From contig NZ_LSUQ01000019.1 in the NCBI RefSeq assembly GCF_001642725.1, positions 1 through 48,120 on the forward strand: 48,120 bases of DNA. The letters are read 5' to 3'. Below are positions 19,494 to 28,459 of this stretch, one piece after another. Made by a program: the position numbers and the translations under genes. Every line of letters begins with the position of its first letter. The first letter of the stretch is position 1. The notes below the pieces were generated by a model. That model ran no database searches, had not been told where the DNA came from, and saw only the letters and a list, made by a program, of their open reading frames with translations. The stretch comes from Ferroacidibacillus organovorans. Its GTDB lineage: Bacteria > Bacillota > Bacilli > Alicyclobacillales > SLC66.

Positions 19494-19501
19494 ATAAAAA
19501 C

Positions 19502-19529
19502 AAAAAACCCGAACACGAAGTGTCCGGGG
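19502..19529 (-). terminator. Rho-independent terminator after murC
   Basis: CCCGGACAC-TTC-GTGTTCGGG followed by TTTTTT. Confidence 0.9.
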
Positions 19530-19542
19530 TCACCTATTTCTT

Positions 19543-20985
19543 TCACACAACATCTGGTTCGGGTTGCGCGAATACGTGTTGATCAATCCAGGAAGAGAGC
19601 TCAACTCCGATCTTCCACACATCCCCCGCCCCCATCGTTATCACGAGATCGCCATCGCGGACATGTTCCTTCAAATAAGCAAGCACATCATCTCTTGTTT
19701 TGCAGTATTTTGCGGCCGCCTGACTGCTCTCCCTGATTCCATCTACCAAACGACTGGCCGTCACCCCGGCGATTGGTTGCTCGCCAACAGGAGAATAAAT
19801 ATCCATAATCAGCACATCATCCGCTTCTGCAAACGCTTCGGTAAATTCTTTAAACAAGTGGTACGTCCGCGTGTATCGCTGCGGTTGAAAAACAGCGATT
19901 ACCCTGTGCCCCGTCTCACGGGCAACGGTTAAGGTCGCTCGAATCTCAGTCGGATGATGCGCGTAGTCATCCACAATCAAGATTCCCTGATCGTCGTGCA
20001 ACACTTGAAACCGGCGAAGTGCCCCGTGGAATTCTGCAAGCGCGCGCAACGCGACATCACAGGGCACACCTGTGCGCTCAGCGACCGCAAATGCACAAAG
20101 CGCATTATAAATGTTGTGATCTCCAGGCACGTGAAGGGTAAGCGTGCCTAAAATTTTCCCATTGCCCACAATCGTTGACGTACTCCCGCGCGCATTTCGC
20201 GTAATCTCTTGCGCGTAATAATCCGCGCCAGTGCCGCGCACCGAGACGGTTTTCACCTCACATGAAACTTCTGTGAGAAGGCGTCTGACCACAACGTCCT
20301 CATCATTCGTGACGAGCAACCCATTCTCAGGCACGAGCCGCATAAATTTTCCATACGCAGCTTCTAAATTTTCAACTCGTCCTTGATAGTGTTCAAGATG
20401 ATCCGCTTCGATATTAAGAACAACCGCAATCGTTGGTCGATAGTTCAAAAAACTTCCATCGCTCTCATCCGCTTCTGCGATCACCCACTCACTATGTCCA
20501 GCCTTCGCGCCTGTGTCAAGATTTGACACCACGCCGCCAACCAAGAACGTGGGGTCGAGTCCCGCCCGTTCCAGGACATACGCAATCATCGACGTTGTGG
20601 TCGTTTTCCCGTGCGCTCCTGCAACCGCGATTCCCGACCCGAGCTTCATGACCTCAGCGAGCATCTGTGACCGATGAAGCACAGGAATCTGCGCTGCGCG
20701 AGCAGCCGCAAGCTCCACGTTGTCATCTGGAACCGCCGTCGAATATACGACAATCTGAGCGCCGTCGATTTGCTCCGCCCGATGACCGAGATAGACTGTT
20801 GCACCGCGAGCGGAAAGCCTTCTCGTATAGTCATGCGCGGTCACATCGGAACCGGAAACAGGGTAGCCTCGATCGAGCAGAATGCTCGCAATCGTACCCA
20901 TACCTGCCCCGCCGATTCCGATAAAATGCACATGAGGATGATCCGCTTTTTTTTCGATCGACTCGAATTCTGTCACATACTCCAC
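19543..20985 (-). CDS. murC: UDP-N-acetylmuramate--L-alanine ligase
   Basis: HFIGIGGAGM, GAHGKTTT, EADESDGSFL, DDYAHHPTEI and FQP motifs. Confidence 0.97.
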   Translation of the reverse strand: MEYVTEFESIEKKADHPHVHFIGIGGAGMGTIASILLDRGYPVSGSDVTAHDYTRRLSARGATVYLGHRAEQIDGAQIVVYSTAVPDDNVELAAARAAQIPVLHRSQMLAEVMKLGSGIAVAGAHGKTTTTSMIAYVLERAGLDPTFLVGGVVSNLDTGAKAGHSEWVIAEADESDGSFLNYRPTIAVVLNIEADHLEHYQGRVENLEAAYGKFMRLVPENGLLVTNDEDVVVRRLLTEVSCEVKTVSVRGTGADYYAQEITRNARGSTSTIVGNGKILGTLTLHVPGDHNIYNALCAFAVAERTGVPCDVALRALAEFHGALRRFQVLHDDQGILIVDDYAHHPTEIRATLTVARETGHRVIAVFQPQRYTRTYHLFKEFTEAFAEADDVLIMDIYSPVGEQPIAGVTASRLVDGIRESSQAAAKYCKTRDDVLAYLKEHVRDGDLVITMGAGDVWKIGVELSSWIDQHVFAQPEPDVV

Positions 20986-21029
20986 CTCTTACCTTAACGA
21001 TAAAAACAAAAATGCCGTAAAACACCTAC

Positions 21030-22382
21030 TTAAGAAACAGGCGTAACGTCTACGCCAACACGTCTATCTCCAAGCTTCGCGCGCGCTTCCGCCACAGTAT
21101 AGAGTGAGCCCGTCACACAAATCGGGCATTTACCTGCGCGCGAAGCAAGTGCGATGGAGAGCGCATCCGCAATGGAATCGGCCACTGTGATGCAGAGTTC
21201 ACGTTGATAGGTTTGAAATGCAAGCTTGAGTTCATCAGCATCAAGTGCGCGCGATTGTGCCGGTTGCGTAACAATCACCTCTTTTGCTATGGCCGCAAAA
21301 TGCGGAATCATGGCCGAGATGTCCTTTTCTTTAAGACAGCCGACAATGAGAATCCCCTTAGGTAAACGCAATGTTTCCCACGTCGATTGTAACGCAATCG
21401 CGCCCGCCTCGTTGTGAGCGCCGTCAAGGAAAATCAGTGGATCGCTCCCAGCCACTTCAAACCGCCCTGGCCATACCACCTGACGCAATCCCGCGCGAAC
21501 CGCATCATCCGAAATTGCGAGGCCCGCATTGCGCGCGAGTTCAACGACCGCGAGCGCCACGCTCGCGTTGACCACTTGATGGGGACCGAGAAGTGAAAGG
21601 TTTGCGCCGAGGAGATCTCGCCGTCTTCCCCAATACGAAAAGCGCTGTGACGAAAGTGAGCGCTCTTCTTCAACGGAGCGAAAATCCCTTCCATAAATTA
21701 CGAGGGGAGAATTCATTTCGCGCGCAACATTCGCAATGACACCAAGCGCTGCACCACTTGCCGCCGTGACCACAGGCCTGCCCTGCTTGATGATCCCCGC
21801 CTTGTCGCTGGCAATCTTTTCTATGGTATCCCCAAGTATCTCCATATGATCCATGGAGACGTTCGTAATCGCGCTCACGAGCGGCACTACGACATTCGTC
21901 GCGTCATAACGGCCGCCAAGCCCCGTTTCAAGCACGACCACATCCGCTTTCTGATCTGCAAAATGACAAAAAGCGAGAACGGTAGCCACCTCAAAGGCAG
22001 TTGGTTGTAGGGGCGAGTCGGCGTCCAAAGACGCGATGGCCGTCGCAACCGCGCGCGTATGGTAAACGAGACGGTCTTCGCCGATTGGCATGCCGCGCAC
22101 CACGACGCGATCCTCAAAACCGGCGAGAGACGGAGAGGTATAGAGTCCAGTTCGCATGCCCGCCGCCTCGCAAATTGCATAGAGTAGCGCACACGTGGAC
22201 CCTTTCCCGTTCGTACCCGCGATGTGAAGGAAGCGCAATCCGCGCTCTGGATGGCCCATCGCATCAAGCAGCCACACAGTGCGAGACAGTCCAGGCTTTA
22301 TGCCGAATACACTGCGCGATGAAATGTATTCGCGCGCCTCTTGCCCGGTTTCAATTGGGCGATGTGCACCCATCCTATTCAT
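21030..22382 (-). CDS. folC: Folylpolyglutamate synthase/dihydrofolate synthase
   Basis: HIAGTNGKGS, ETGLGGRYDATN, WPGRFE, DGAHN and TGSLY motifs. Confidence 0.97.
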   Translation of the reverse strand: MNRMGAHRPIETGQEAREYISSRSVFGIKPGLSRTVWLLDAMGHPERGLRFLHIAGTNGKGSTCALLYAICEAAGMRTGLYTSPSLAGFEDRVVVRGMPIGEDRLVYHTRAVATAIASLDADSPLQPTAFEVATVLAFCHFADQKADVVVLETGLGGRYDATNVVVPLVSAITNVSMDHMEILGDTIEKIASDKAGIIKQGRPVVTAASGAALGVIANVAREMNSPLVIYGRDFRSVEEERSLSSQRFSYWGRRRDLLGANLSLLGPHQVVNASVALAVVELARNAGLAISDDAVRAGLRQVVWPGRFEVAGSDPLIFLDGAHNEAGAIALQSTWETLRLPKGILIVGCLKEKDISAMIPHFAAIAKEVIVTQPAQSRALDADELKLAFQTYQRELCITVADSIADALSIALASRAGKCPICVTGSLYTVAEARAKLGDRRVGVDVTPVS

Positions 22383-22389
22383 CCCCTAT

Positions 22390-25050
22390 TCACTCTGTCA
22401 CAGATCGGAGGCGAATCAATTCGCGATCCACTTGGTCGCGCTGCTTTTCATAGCCCACAAGTTTTTCGCGTTCTTTCGCAACAACCGCGTCAGGCGCACG
22501 CTCGACAAAGGATGGATTCGCGAGCTTTGCCACCAGACGGTCTACTTCAAACGTTAAATTCGCGCGCTCTTTTTCAAGTCTGGCACACTCCACATCAAGA
22601 TCGATCACGCCAAGCAGCGGCACATACAACTCTGCGTCCTGAAGAACACCCGTCGCACACTGATCAGGTGCCACGATCGAAGGGTCAATCATAAGCGAAG
22701 ACGTGTTGCATAACCGCTCTAGATACGCAGCCGCCGCGCACACGTCGGCCTCTCTTTTTCGTGCTGGGCGAATCAGAAGAGGGATCGCCTTACTCGGAGA
22801 AAGGTTTAACTCTTGCCGCATCGTACGCAGTGTCCTGATGATTTCCATAACATACTGCATGCGCTGTTCTGCGTCATCATCCTGCTTAAAGGAGCGAACG
22901 CTCGGCCACGGAGCACGCATGATGGTTTCTCCATCGTGTGGCATGGTCTGCCAAATCTCTTCCGTGACAAATGGCATAAAGGGATGCAAGAGTCGCAGTG
23001 CCTGATCGAGAACCGTGCGCAGTGTGCGTTTCGTGACGACGCGTGCGTCAGCCGCCGACTCTCCTTCTGCATACAGGCTCACTTTTGACAATTCAATATA
23101 CCAATCACAGAAATCGTTCCAAAAAAATTCATAAATCGCTTTCCCAGCTTCTGCAAATTCGTACGCTTCAAGTTTTAGTGTGACCTCAGAAACAGTTGCT
23201 GCGAGACGCGACAAAATATAGCGATCCGCGAGTTTCAATGCAGCTGCGTCGGGTTCCTCAGTCTGCGCGTCATCCAAGTTCATCATGACAAAACGCGACG
23301 CGTTCCACAGCTTTGTCACGAGTGCCTGCGCCGCCTCCACGCGCTCTTCATAGAAACGCATGTCTTGCCCCGGTCCGGCTCCTGTCAAAAGCATGAAGCG
23401 CAGCGCGTCAGCACTGTAGCGTTCAATCACTTCCATCGGATCGATTCCATTGCCAAGGCTCTTGGAAAACTTTCGGCCTTGCGCGTCACGTACGAGTCCG
23501 TGAATGAGCACATCCTGAAAGGGCGATTGACCCGTAAATTCGAGCGAAGTAAACACCATCCGCGCTACCCAGAAGTAGATGATGTCAAAACCTGTGACAA
23601 GAACTTGAGTCGGAAAAAAATCAGCCAAATCTTCCGTCTGCTCTGGCCACCCCATCGTCGAAAACGGCCACAGCGCGGAGGAAAACCAGGTGTCGAGCAC
23701 ATCCGTATCCTGTTCAATCTCAGTGCTTCTGCAATGCCCGCACACGGTGATGTTCTCGCGTGAAACCGTAATTTCTCCGCACGCGCTACAGTGCCACGCC
23801 GGAATCCGATGCCCCCACCATAATTGCCGGGAAATGCACCAATCGCGAATGTTTTCGAGCCAGTGCGCGTAGGTTTTTTCAAAGCGTTCCGGCACAAAGC
23901 GAAGCGCTCCTGACGAAACGACATCCATCGCAGGTTTCGCCAATGGCTCCATGCGCACAAACCACTGAAGGGACAGCCACGGTTCAACCACCGTACTGCA
24001 GCGTTCACAGTGACCGATTGATAACTGGTGGGGAAGTTCTACAAGTGCATTTTCTGCACGCAATGCGTCTAGAATCGCCGCCCGCGCCGCTCTACGATCC
24101 TGCCCAGCAAAAGCGCCCGCATGCGCATTGAGCGTACCATCGCGATTCATCACATTGATTTGCGGCAGCCCGTGACGACGACCTACTTCAAAGTCGTTCG
24201 GATCGTGCGCAGGCGTGATTTTTACCGCACCGGTACCGAACGCAGGATCGACATAGTCATCTGCGATCATTGGAATGACGCGATCGGTCAGAGGAAGACG
24301 AAGGGATTTTCCGATCAAGTGACGATAGCGCTCATCATCAGGGTGAACAGCAACCGCCACATCCCCAAATAGCGTTTCCGGTCGCGTTGTCGCAATCACC
24401 ACATGACCCGTGCCATCGGCAAGTGGATAAACGATTTGGTAGATCGACCCTTGCGTCTCTTCGTGAATCACTTCAATATCGGAAAGCGCCGTCTCACAGC
24501 GGGGGCACCAGTTGATGATATAGTTGCCGCGATAGATGAGTCCTTTCTCATAGAGCCGTACAAATACCTCGCGAACCGCCGCAGACAAACCCGGATCCAT
24601 CGTGAATCGCTCGCGCGACCAGTCACACGACGCGCCCATTCGTCTGATTTGGCTGCGAATGACCTCTGCGTAGGTTTCTTTCCACGCCCACACCCGTTCA
24701 ATAAAAGCTTCGCGTCCTACGTCGTGCCGTGTCAGGCCTTCTTCTTTTTTCATCGTCGATTCGACGCGTGTCTGCGTGGCGATTCCTGCGTGATCAGTCC
24801 CCGGCATCCAGAGTACGCGCTTTCCTCGCATTCGTTGATAGCGCGTCAGCAAATCCTGCATCGCCATGTCCATCGCGTGACCTAAATGGAGTATGCCAGT
24901 CACGTTTGGCGGCGGCATGACAATCGCATACGACGAGTCACCTTGCGAAGGCTTAAAATAACCCTGTTCCATCCACCACCGATAGCGGCGCGTCTCGATC
25001 TCATTAGCGTCATATGCGCCTAGTTTCGACGTTTTTTCCATGAGCGGCAC
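22390..25050 (-). CDS. valS: Valine--tRNA ligase
   Basis: PPPNVTG.LHLGH, DWCISRQLWWGH, KFSKS and a C-terminal coiled coil. Start moved to GTG 25050 (SD AAAGGAGTGA); the ORF-track extension runs through the T-box terminator. Confidence 0.97.
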   Translation of the reverse strand: MPLMEKTSKLGAYDANEIETRRYRWWMEQGYFKPSQGDSSYAIVMPPPNVTGILHLGHAMDMAMQDLLTRYQRMRGKRVLWMPGTDHAGIATQTRVESTMKKEEGLTRHDVGREAFIERVWAWKETYAEVIRSQIRRMGASCDWSRERFTMDPGLSAAVREVFVRLYEKGLIYRGNYIINWCPRCETALSDIEVIHEETQGSIYQIVYPLADGTGHVVIATTRPETLFGDVAVAVHPDDERYRHLIGKSLRLPLTDRVIPMIADDYVDPAFGTGAVKITPAHDPNDFEVGRRHGLPQINVMNRDGTLNAHAGAFAGQDRRAARAAILDALRAENALVELPHQLSIGHCERCSTVVEPWLSLQWFVRMEPLAKPAMDVVSSGALRFVPERFEKTYAHWLENIRDWCISRQLWWGHRIPAWHCSACGEITVSRENITVCGHCRSTEIEQDTDVLDTWFSSALWPFSTMGWPEQTEDLADFFPTQVLVTGFDIIYFWVARMVFTSLEFTGQSPFQDVLIHGLVRDAQGRKFSKSLGNGIDPMEVIERYSADALRFMLLTGAGPGQDMRFYEERVEAAQALVTKLWNASRFVMMNLDDAQTEEPDAAALKLADRYILSRLAATVSEVTLKLEAYEFAEAGKAIYEFFWNDFCDWYIELSKVSLYAEGESAADARVVTKRTLRTVLDQALRLLHPFMPFVTEEIWQTMPHDGETIMRAPWPSVRSFKQDDDAEQRMQYVMEIIRTLRTMRQELNLSPSKAIPLLIRPARKREADVCAAAAYLERLCNTSSLMIDPSIVAPDQCATGVLQDAELYVPLLGVIDLDVECARLEKERANLTFEVDRLVAKLANPSFVERAPDAVVAKEREKLVGYEKQRDQVDRELIRLRSVTE

Positions 25051-25105
25051 GATTCCGTCACTCCTTTGTCTCCAGCAGAAAAACCTTTCCCAACCCGAGA
25101 AACAC

Positions 25106-25320
25106 AAAAAAGACAATTTCCATCGCCATTGCAGGACGAAAGAAAATGTCTTCCGCGGTACCACCTGTCGTTCTGTGCAGTGCACAGCGCTTCATTGAGA
25201 GCGATAACGGACCCTACCCGAACAGCATCGCCTCGGGACGACGTTCAGCAAGCGCACAGAGGCGGCCTCTCAGCGTTTGGCGCCCTCTCTTACTGCTCGA
25301 CATGCTTACTCTTTCCCGCT
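25106..25320 (-). ncRNA. Valine T-box riboswitch (leader of valS)
   Basis: Stem I with AGAGA and GCTGAGA motifs, specifier GUC (Val) at 25242-25240, T-box AGGTGGTACCGCGG (25166-25153), antiterminator partner TTTCGTCCTG, and a terminator ending in a U-tract at about 25106. Confidence 0.93.
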
Positions 25321-25341
25321 GTTATTCACGTAATTTTTTAC

Positions 25342-25370
25342 AGTATAGAAAAGGACGCAACCCGTGTCAA
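25342..25370 (-). promoter_or_regulatory. Sigma-A promoter for T-box-valS-folC-murC
   Basis: TTGACA-N17-TATACT. Confidence 0.9.
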
Positions 25371-25399
25371 TCCTTCGTTGAATCGGCGCGCGTTTCACG

Positions 25400-25924
25400 T
25401 CAGCGTTTTTTCTTGCGATTGTAGCGATGGACACGCACACGCGGTTTTTCGAGCGTTTTCGTTTTTGAACGCGCAGGTTGTGTGCCCCGTTTCGCTTCCA
25501 GCTCAAGACGCTTCTTTTCCGTCCACTGACTCACGAACGAAAACAGCCAAGCGACGGCAAGAGTGCCGAATAAATAACCGACAAACCCGCTCAACACCAC
25601 ATTACGTGCAGGCCAATAGCGAGCATTCGCAAAGACAAACAAGAAGATCATCGTCACAATTCCCGCAAAGACGCCCCCAAGTGTACCTTGAATGACGCGT
25701 CGCGTTTTCGTTCGCGGGATGATAATGTATGGCGTCAGGAGCATTGCAAGCGCCAAACTCGTTCCCAGATTTCCGTTGACAGGTCCTTTTGAAACGAGGC
25801 CGAGAATTCCACCGAGAATACCGAAACTCGCGCCAACCAAAAAGATCAGCTTGTACCTCATGCCTTCTTTTGGAGTTGCGAGCAAGCGCTCCCGAACCCT
25901 TTCCCACGCAGATCGTTGCGCCAC
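25400..25924 (-). CDS. Hypothetical membrane protein (about 4 TM, highly basic C-terminal tail)
   Basis: Four hydrophobic segments. Start is uncertain: GTG 25924 (SD AAGGTG) or ATG 25861. An extended -10 TGCTATAGT lies at 26016-26008. Confidence 0.7.
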   Translation of the reverse strand: MAQRSAWERVRERLLATPKEGMRYKLIFLVGASFGILGGILGLVSKGPVNGNLGTSLALAMLLTPYIIIPRTKTRRVIQGTLGGVFAGIVTMIFLFVFANARYWPARNVVLSGFVGYLFGTLAVAWLFSFVSQWTEKKRLELEAKRGTQPARSKTKTLEKPRVRVHRYNRKKKR

Positions 25925-26073
25925 ACAAACACCTTGCTTTCCAAGAAATGATCGCCTGTCTTTTGATGGTTGCTTTTTACCACGCTTCGGTTTGAGCAAG
26001 CCTTTTAACTATAGCATGGCAAGCAGCCGTCAGAAAGAGGCACAGCAAGGAATTTTGCGTGGATTGTGCCGTT

Positions 26074-26101
26074 CACATCCCCTCTTTTTTCGCATAGGCT
26101 A
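26074..26101 (+). promoter_or_regulatory. Sigma-K-type promoter
   Basis: cAC-N16-CATAGGCTA matches the sigma-K consensus AC-N16-CATAnnnTA. Confidence 0.65.
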
Positions 26102-26146
26102 TAGGATGATCAAATCATCCACTGCAGCGATCGGGGGTTACTATCC

Positions 26147-26308
26147 ATGCCGCAGTTCTTCTATGCGCTGGCACGCTTTGCAAAAGTCATCCTATTAGGT
26201 TGCATTTTTTTAACCATGTTGCAAATGATGTTCTTCCCATCCTTTATAAGCCTACTCATTCTAGGAGGGCTCGTGCTCGTTCTTGTCACCCTCTTTCTCG
26301 GAACGTGA
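26147..26308 (+). CDS. 53-aa two-helix membrane micro-protein (below the ORF-track cutoff)
   Basis: MPQFFYALARFAKVILLGCIFLTMLQMMFFPSFISLLILGGLVLVLVTLFLGT; SD GGGGGT 8 nt upstream; sigma-K-like promoter. Confidence 0.7.
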   Translation: MPQFFYALARFAKVILLGCIFLTMLQMMFFPSFISLLILGGLVLVLVTLFLGT

Positions 26309-27364
26309 ATATGCCCCTAGTGTCTCGTCATCTCGTGTGGGGCGTGTCGCAGAAAAGAGCGCCGGAAGAATCTCTGTAGAAAGCAAATTGCTCGCTGTCC
26401 ACGCATCTTCAAGCGCGTCCACAAGGTCATCTTCATCAGCATTGCCATTCTTCAGACGCGCCTCAACACAGCGCATCACACCTTGCGGGTAGCAAAGCAA
26501 TTGGCCTAAGACCGCCCACTCTGCTTGATTGATCGGACGAATTGCCGCATAGGCCATCAGCGTGCGCCGCAAGACATCCTCGCGCGACAGGAATGGCGCA
26601 AGATAGTGCAACAAAAACGTCGCCAACTCTGCCATTTGCGGACCCGCATAAACGTGATCGTGATCAATCACCGCATACGTGCCACGCTCACTCTCTAGTA
26701 GATTCTTTCGCACATAAGATCCGTGACAGATCTCACCAGTAGCAAACGCATAGCTTCGCACGCCCTCATACTTCACTTCGCTCAGACGCTCACCTACTTC
26801 ACGCAAACGACGTTCCAATTCCTCATGCAGGCTTAAAAACCACTCGTCAAACTCGTGCGCCAAGCGATCCTTTGCGAGTACGCGCGCGCGCAGTGTATCG
26901 ATGGTCAGCAAATCATTGCGAATGCGCGCCGCCGCATCTGACCGTTCAGCAAACCAGAGGTTTCCAGGAACCGTGTGGGCGAGCGAATGCCAGCGCGCGA
27001 GTGTCTCCACGCCTTCTAAAAATAACGCTAAACGTTCAAACGAGGCTGGTTTTCCGTCGCAGCTCAGTGTAACATAATAATTTCCCGATTCATGGATGAC
27101 AAACGGATCACCAAATTGATTGTGCACAAAGCGAGCGACCTGTACCCCTCCCGAAACGCGATCAAGTAAAATATGAATCTGTTCAAGACGTTGTGCGGAG
27201 AAAGGTACACCTTTTACATAGTAGATTTCATCCGCCGCGTGAACGCGCCATGCCCCGCCGCATTTCTCGACACGCGCATCGGATAGGCCATACTCGCGCA
27301 GGATGTGTGGATCAAACGGCAGAGAAGACTGATCACGCTCTCGTGCAACCCCAATTTCTCTCAC
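26261..27364 (-). CDS. CotS/CotI-family spore-coat kinase-like protein (probable pseudokinase)
   Basis: APH/choline-kinase-like layout (YYVK, LARWH, ICHGSYVRKN, VIDHD, LLCYP). Start GTG 27364 overlaps the upstream stop; SD GAGGAG. Confidence 0.7.
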   Translation of the reverse strand: MREIGVARERDQSSLPFDPHILREYGLSDARVEKCGGAWRVHAADEIYYVKGVPFSAQRLEQIHILLDRVSGGVQVARFVHNQFGDPFVIHESGNYYVTLSCDGKPASFERLALFLEGVETLARWHSLAHTVPGNLWFAERSDAAARIRNDLLTIDTLRARVLAKDRLAHEFDEWFLSLHEELERRLREVGERLSEVKYEGVRSYAFATGEICHGSYVRKNLLESERGTYAVIDHDHVYAGPQMAELATFLLHYLAPFLSREDVLRRTLMAYAAIRPINQAEWAVLGQLLCYPQGVMRCVEARLKNGNADEDDLVDALEDAWTASNLLSTEILPALFSATRPTRDDETLGAYSRSEKEGDKNEHEPS

Positions 27365-28347
27365 AAACGGTTCTCCTCTCGCGAGATGGCCTTTTTGCGA
27401 GAAAGATGCGTCAAGCGCGCAACCCACATCTCCACATCTTCGCTGGAAAGTGGCGAGCGATCTTCACACGTTCGCAAATAGGCTTGCGCGATCTCTGCGT
27501 ATTCGTTTGGGAAGAGCGCCATGCCGACGATTCGCGACTGTCGTTCATCACGATTTCCGCCCACAATCTCATCATATACGGCAAGAAAAGAGGTCGCGAT
27601 TGCAGCCTCATCTTGCGGCAGTTCATAGACTGGTGAGGCATAGATCGCACGCAAAGCAAGGACGACATCCTCCTCGGGATCGCCCGGCTGTATGGAGTCT
27701 GCCTCGATCAGTGAAATCTGGTGATAGATGTCGCGACCAAAGGCGTGAAACGGATCGTTGCCAAGGCGCAGTTGCTGCGAATTTGCAGCGATCCGTTCGG
27801 GCATTCTCCCCTTTGCGACGGTAAGAAGTGCACGATCGGCGCGCTCAATGAGGTGCTGTCCCACGCGTGAAAAGTGCTCCAAAAAGGCGTTTCCTCCTTG
27901 TATTGCGCGCTGATTCAGATCGTAGAGCGACGCTCTTTTCATGCGCATGTCAGAGTACAAGGACGCGCTGTGATCCACGGATTGAACAGACACTCCTTCT
28001 AGTGCGAGATGGAACTTTGCGAGTTCCATTGCGAGCAACCGACCGTCTTCAAGGTTCATCCGCAGCAAACTGTGTTCAACGTCATCACAAAGTGAGAGGA
28101 GCACCCCCTGGACATCGGCCAGGGGATCCCCGTATTTGGTGCGAATGAGCCGTGGTGTCTTGCGATAGCGATGAAGCGCCACCTGATCAAGAATCTGAGA
28201 GCGGCGCAGCGCAGAACTCTGCTCCTCAATGCGCAGCCACTTGCGACCATGATCGGTCGCCAAGCGGCAGCGCTCTCCACTGACCCATTTCCAATCGTAT
28301 ACGCGATACCCGTAATGCTTCTCCACAGCATGTACTACGCTCTTCAC
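27361..28347 (-). CDS. YsxE/CotS-like spore-coat kinase-like protein (degenerate)
   Basis: VEKHYG, LATDHG, PRLIRTKYG, LAKFH and ALFP; directly after spoVID as ysxE is in Bacillus. GTG start with SD GGGAGG. Confidence 0.7.
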   Translation of the reverse strand: MKSVVHAVEKHYGYRVYDWKWVSGERCRLATDHGRKWLRIEEQSSALRRSQILDQVALHRYRKTPRLIRTKYGDPLADVQGVLLSLCDDVEHSLLRMNLEDGRLLAMELAKFHLALEGVSVQSVDHSASLYSDMRMKRASLYDLNQRAIQGGNAFLEHFSRVGQHLIERADRALLTVAKGRMPERIAANSQQLRLGNDPFHAFGRDIYHQISLIEADSIQPGDPEEDVVLALRAIYASPVYELPQDEAAIATSFLAVYDEIVGGNRDERQSRIVGMALFPNEYAEIAQAYLRTCEDRSPLSSEDVEMWVARLTHLSRKKAISREENRL

Positions 28348-28459
28348 ATGCAATCCTCCCCATGGTAAGCCACTCGGGTACATGTGGATGACAACACCTC
28401 GGCGCGCGCAGCCTGCCCACGCGTTCGCTTGTACTTGTCACTTGCGAAAACAACGCACA

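Noticed and set aside
23457..23472. ValRS KFSKS instead of KMSKS
   Set aside because: A tolerated variant of the class I motif; the catalytic Lys is retained.
25051..25185. Extended valS N-terminus in the ORF track
   Set aside because: It runs through the T-box antiterminator and terminator.
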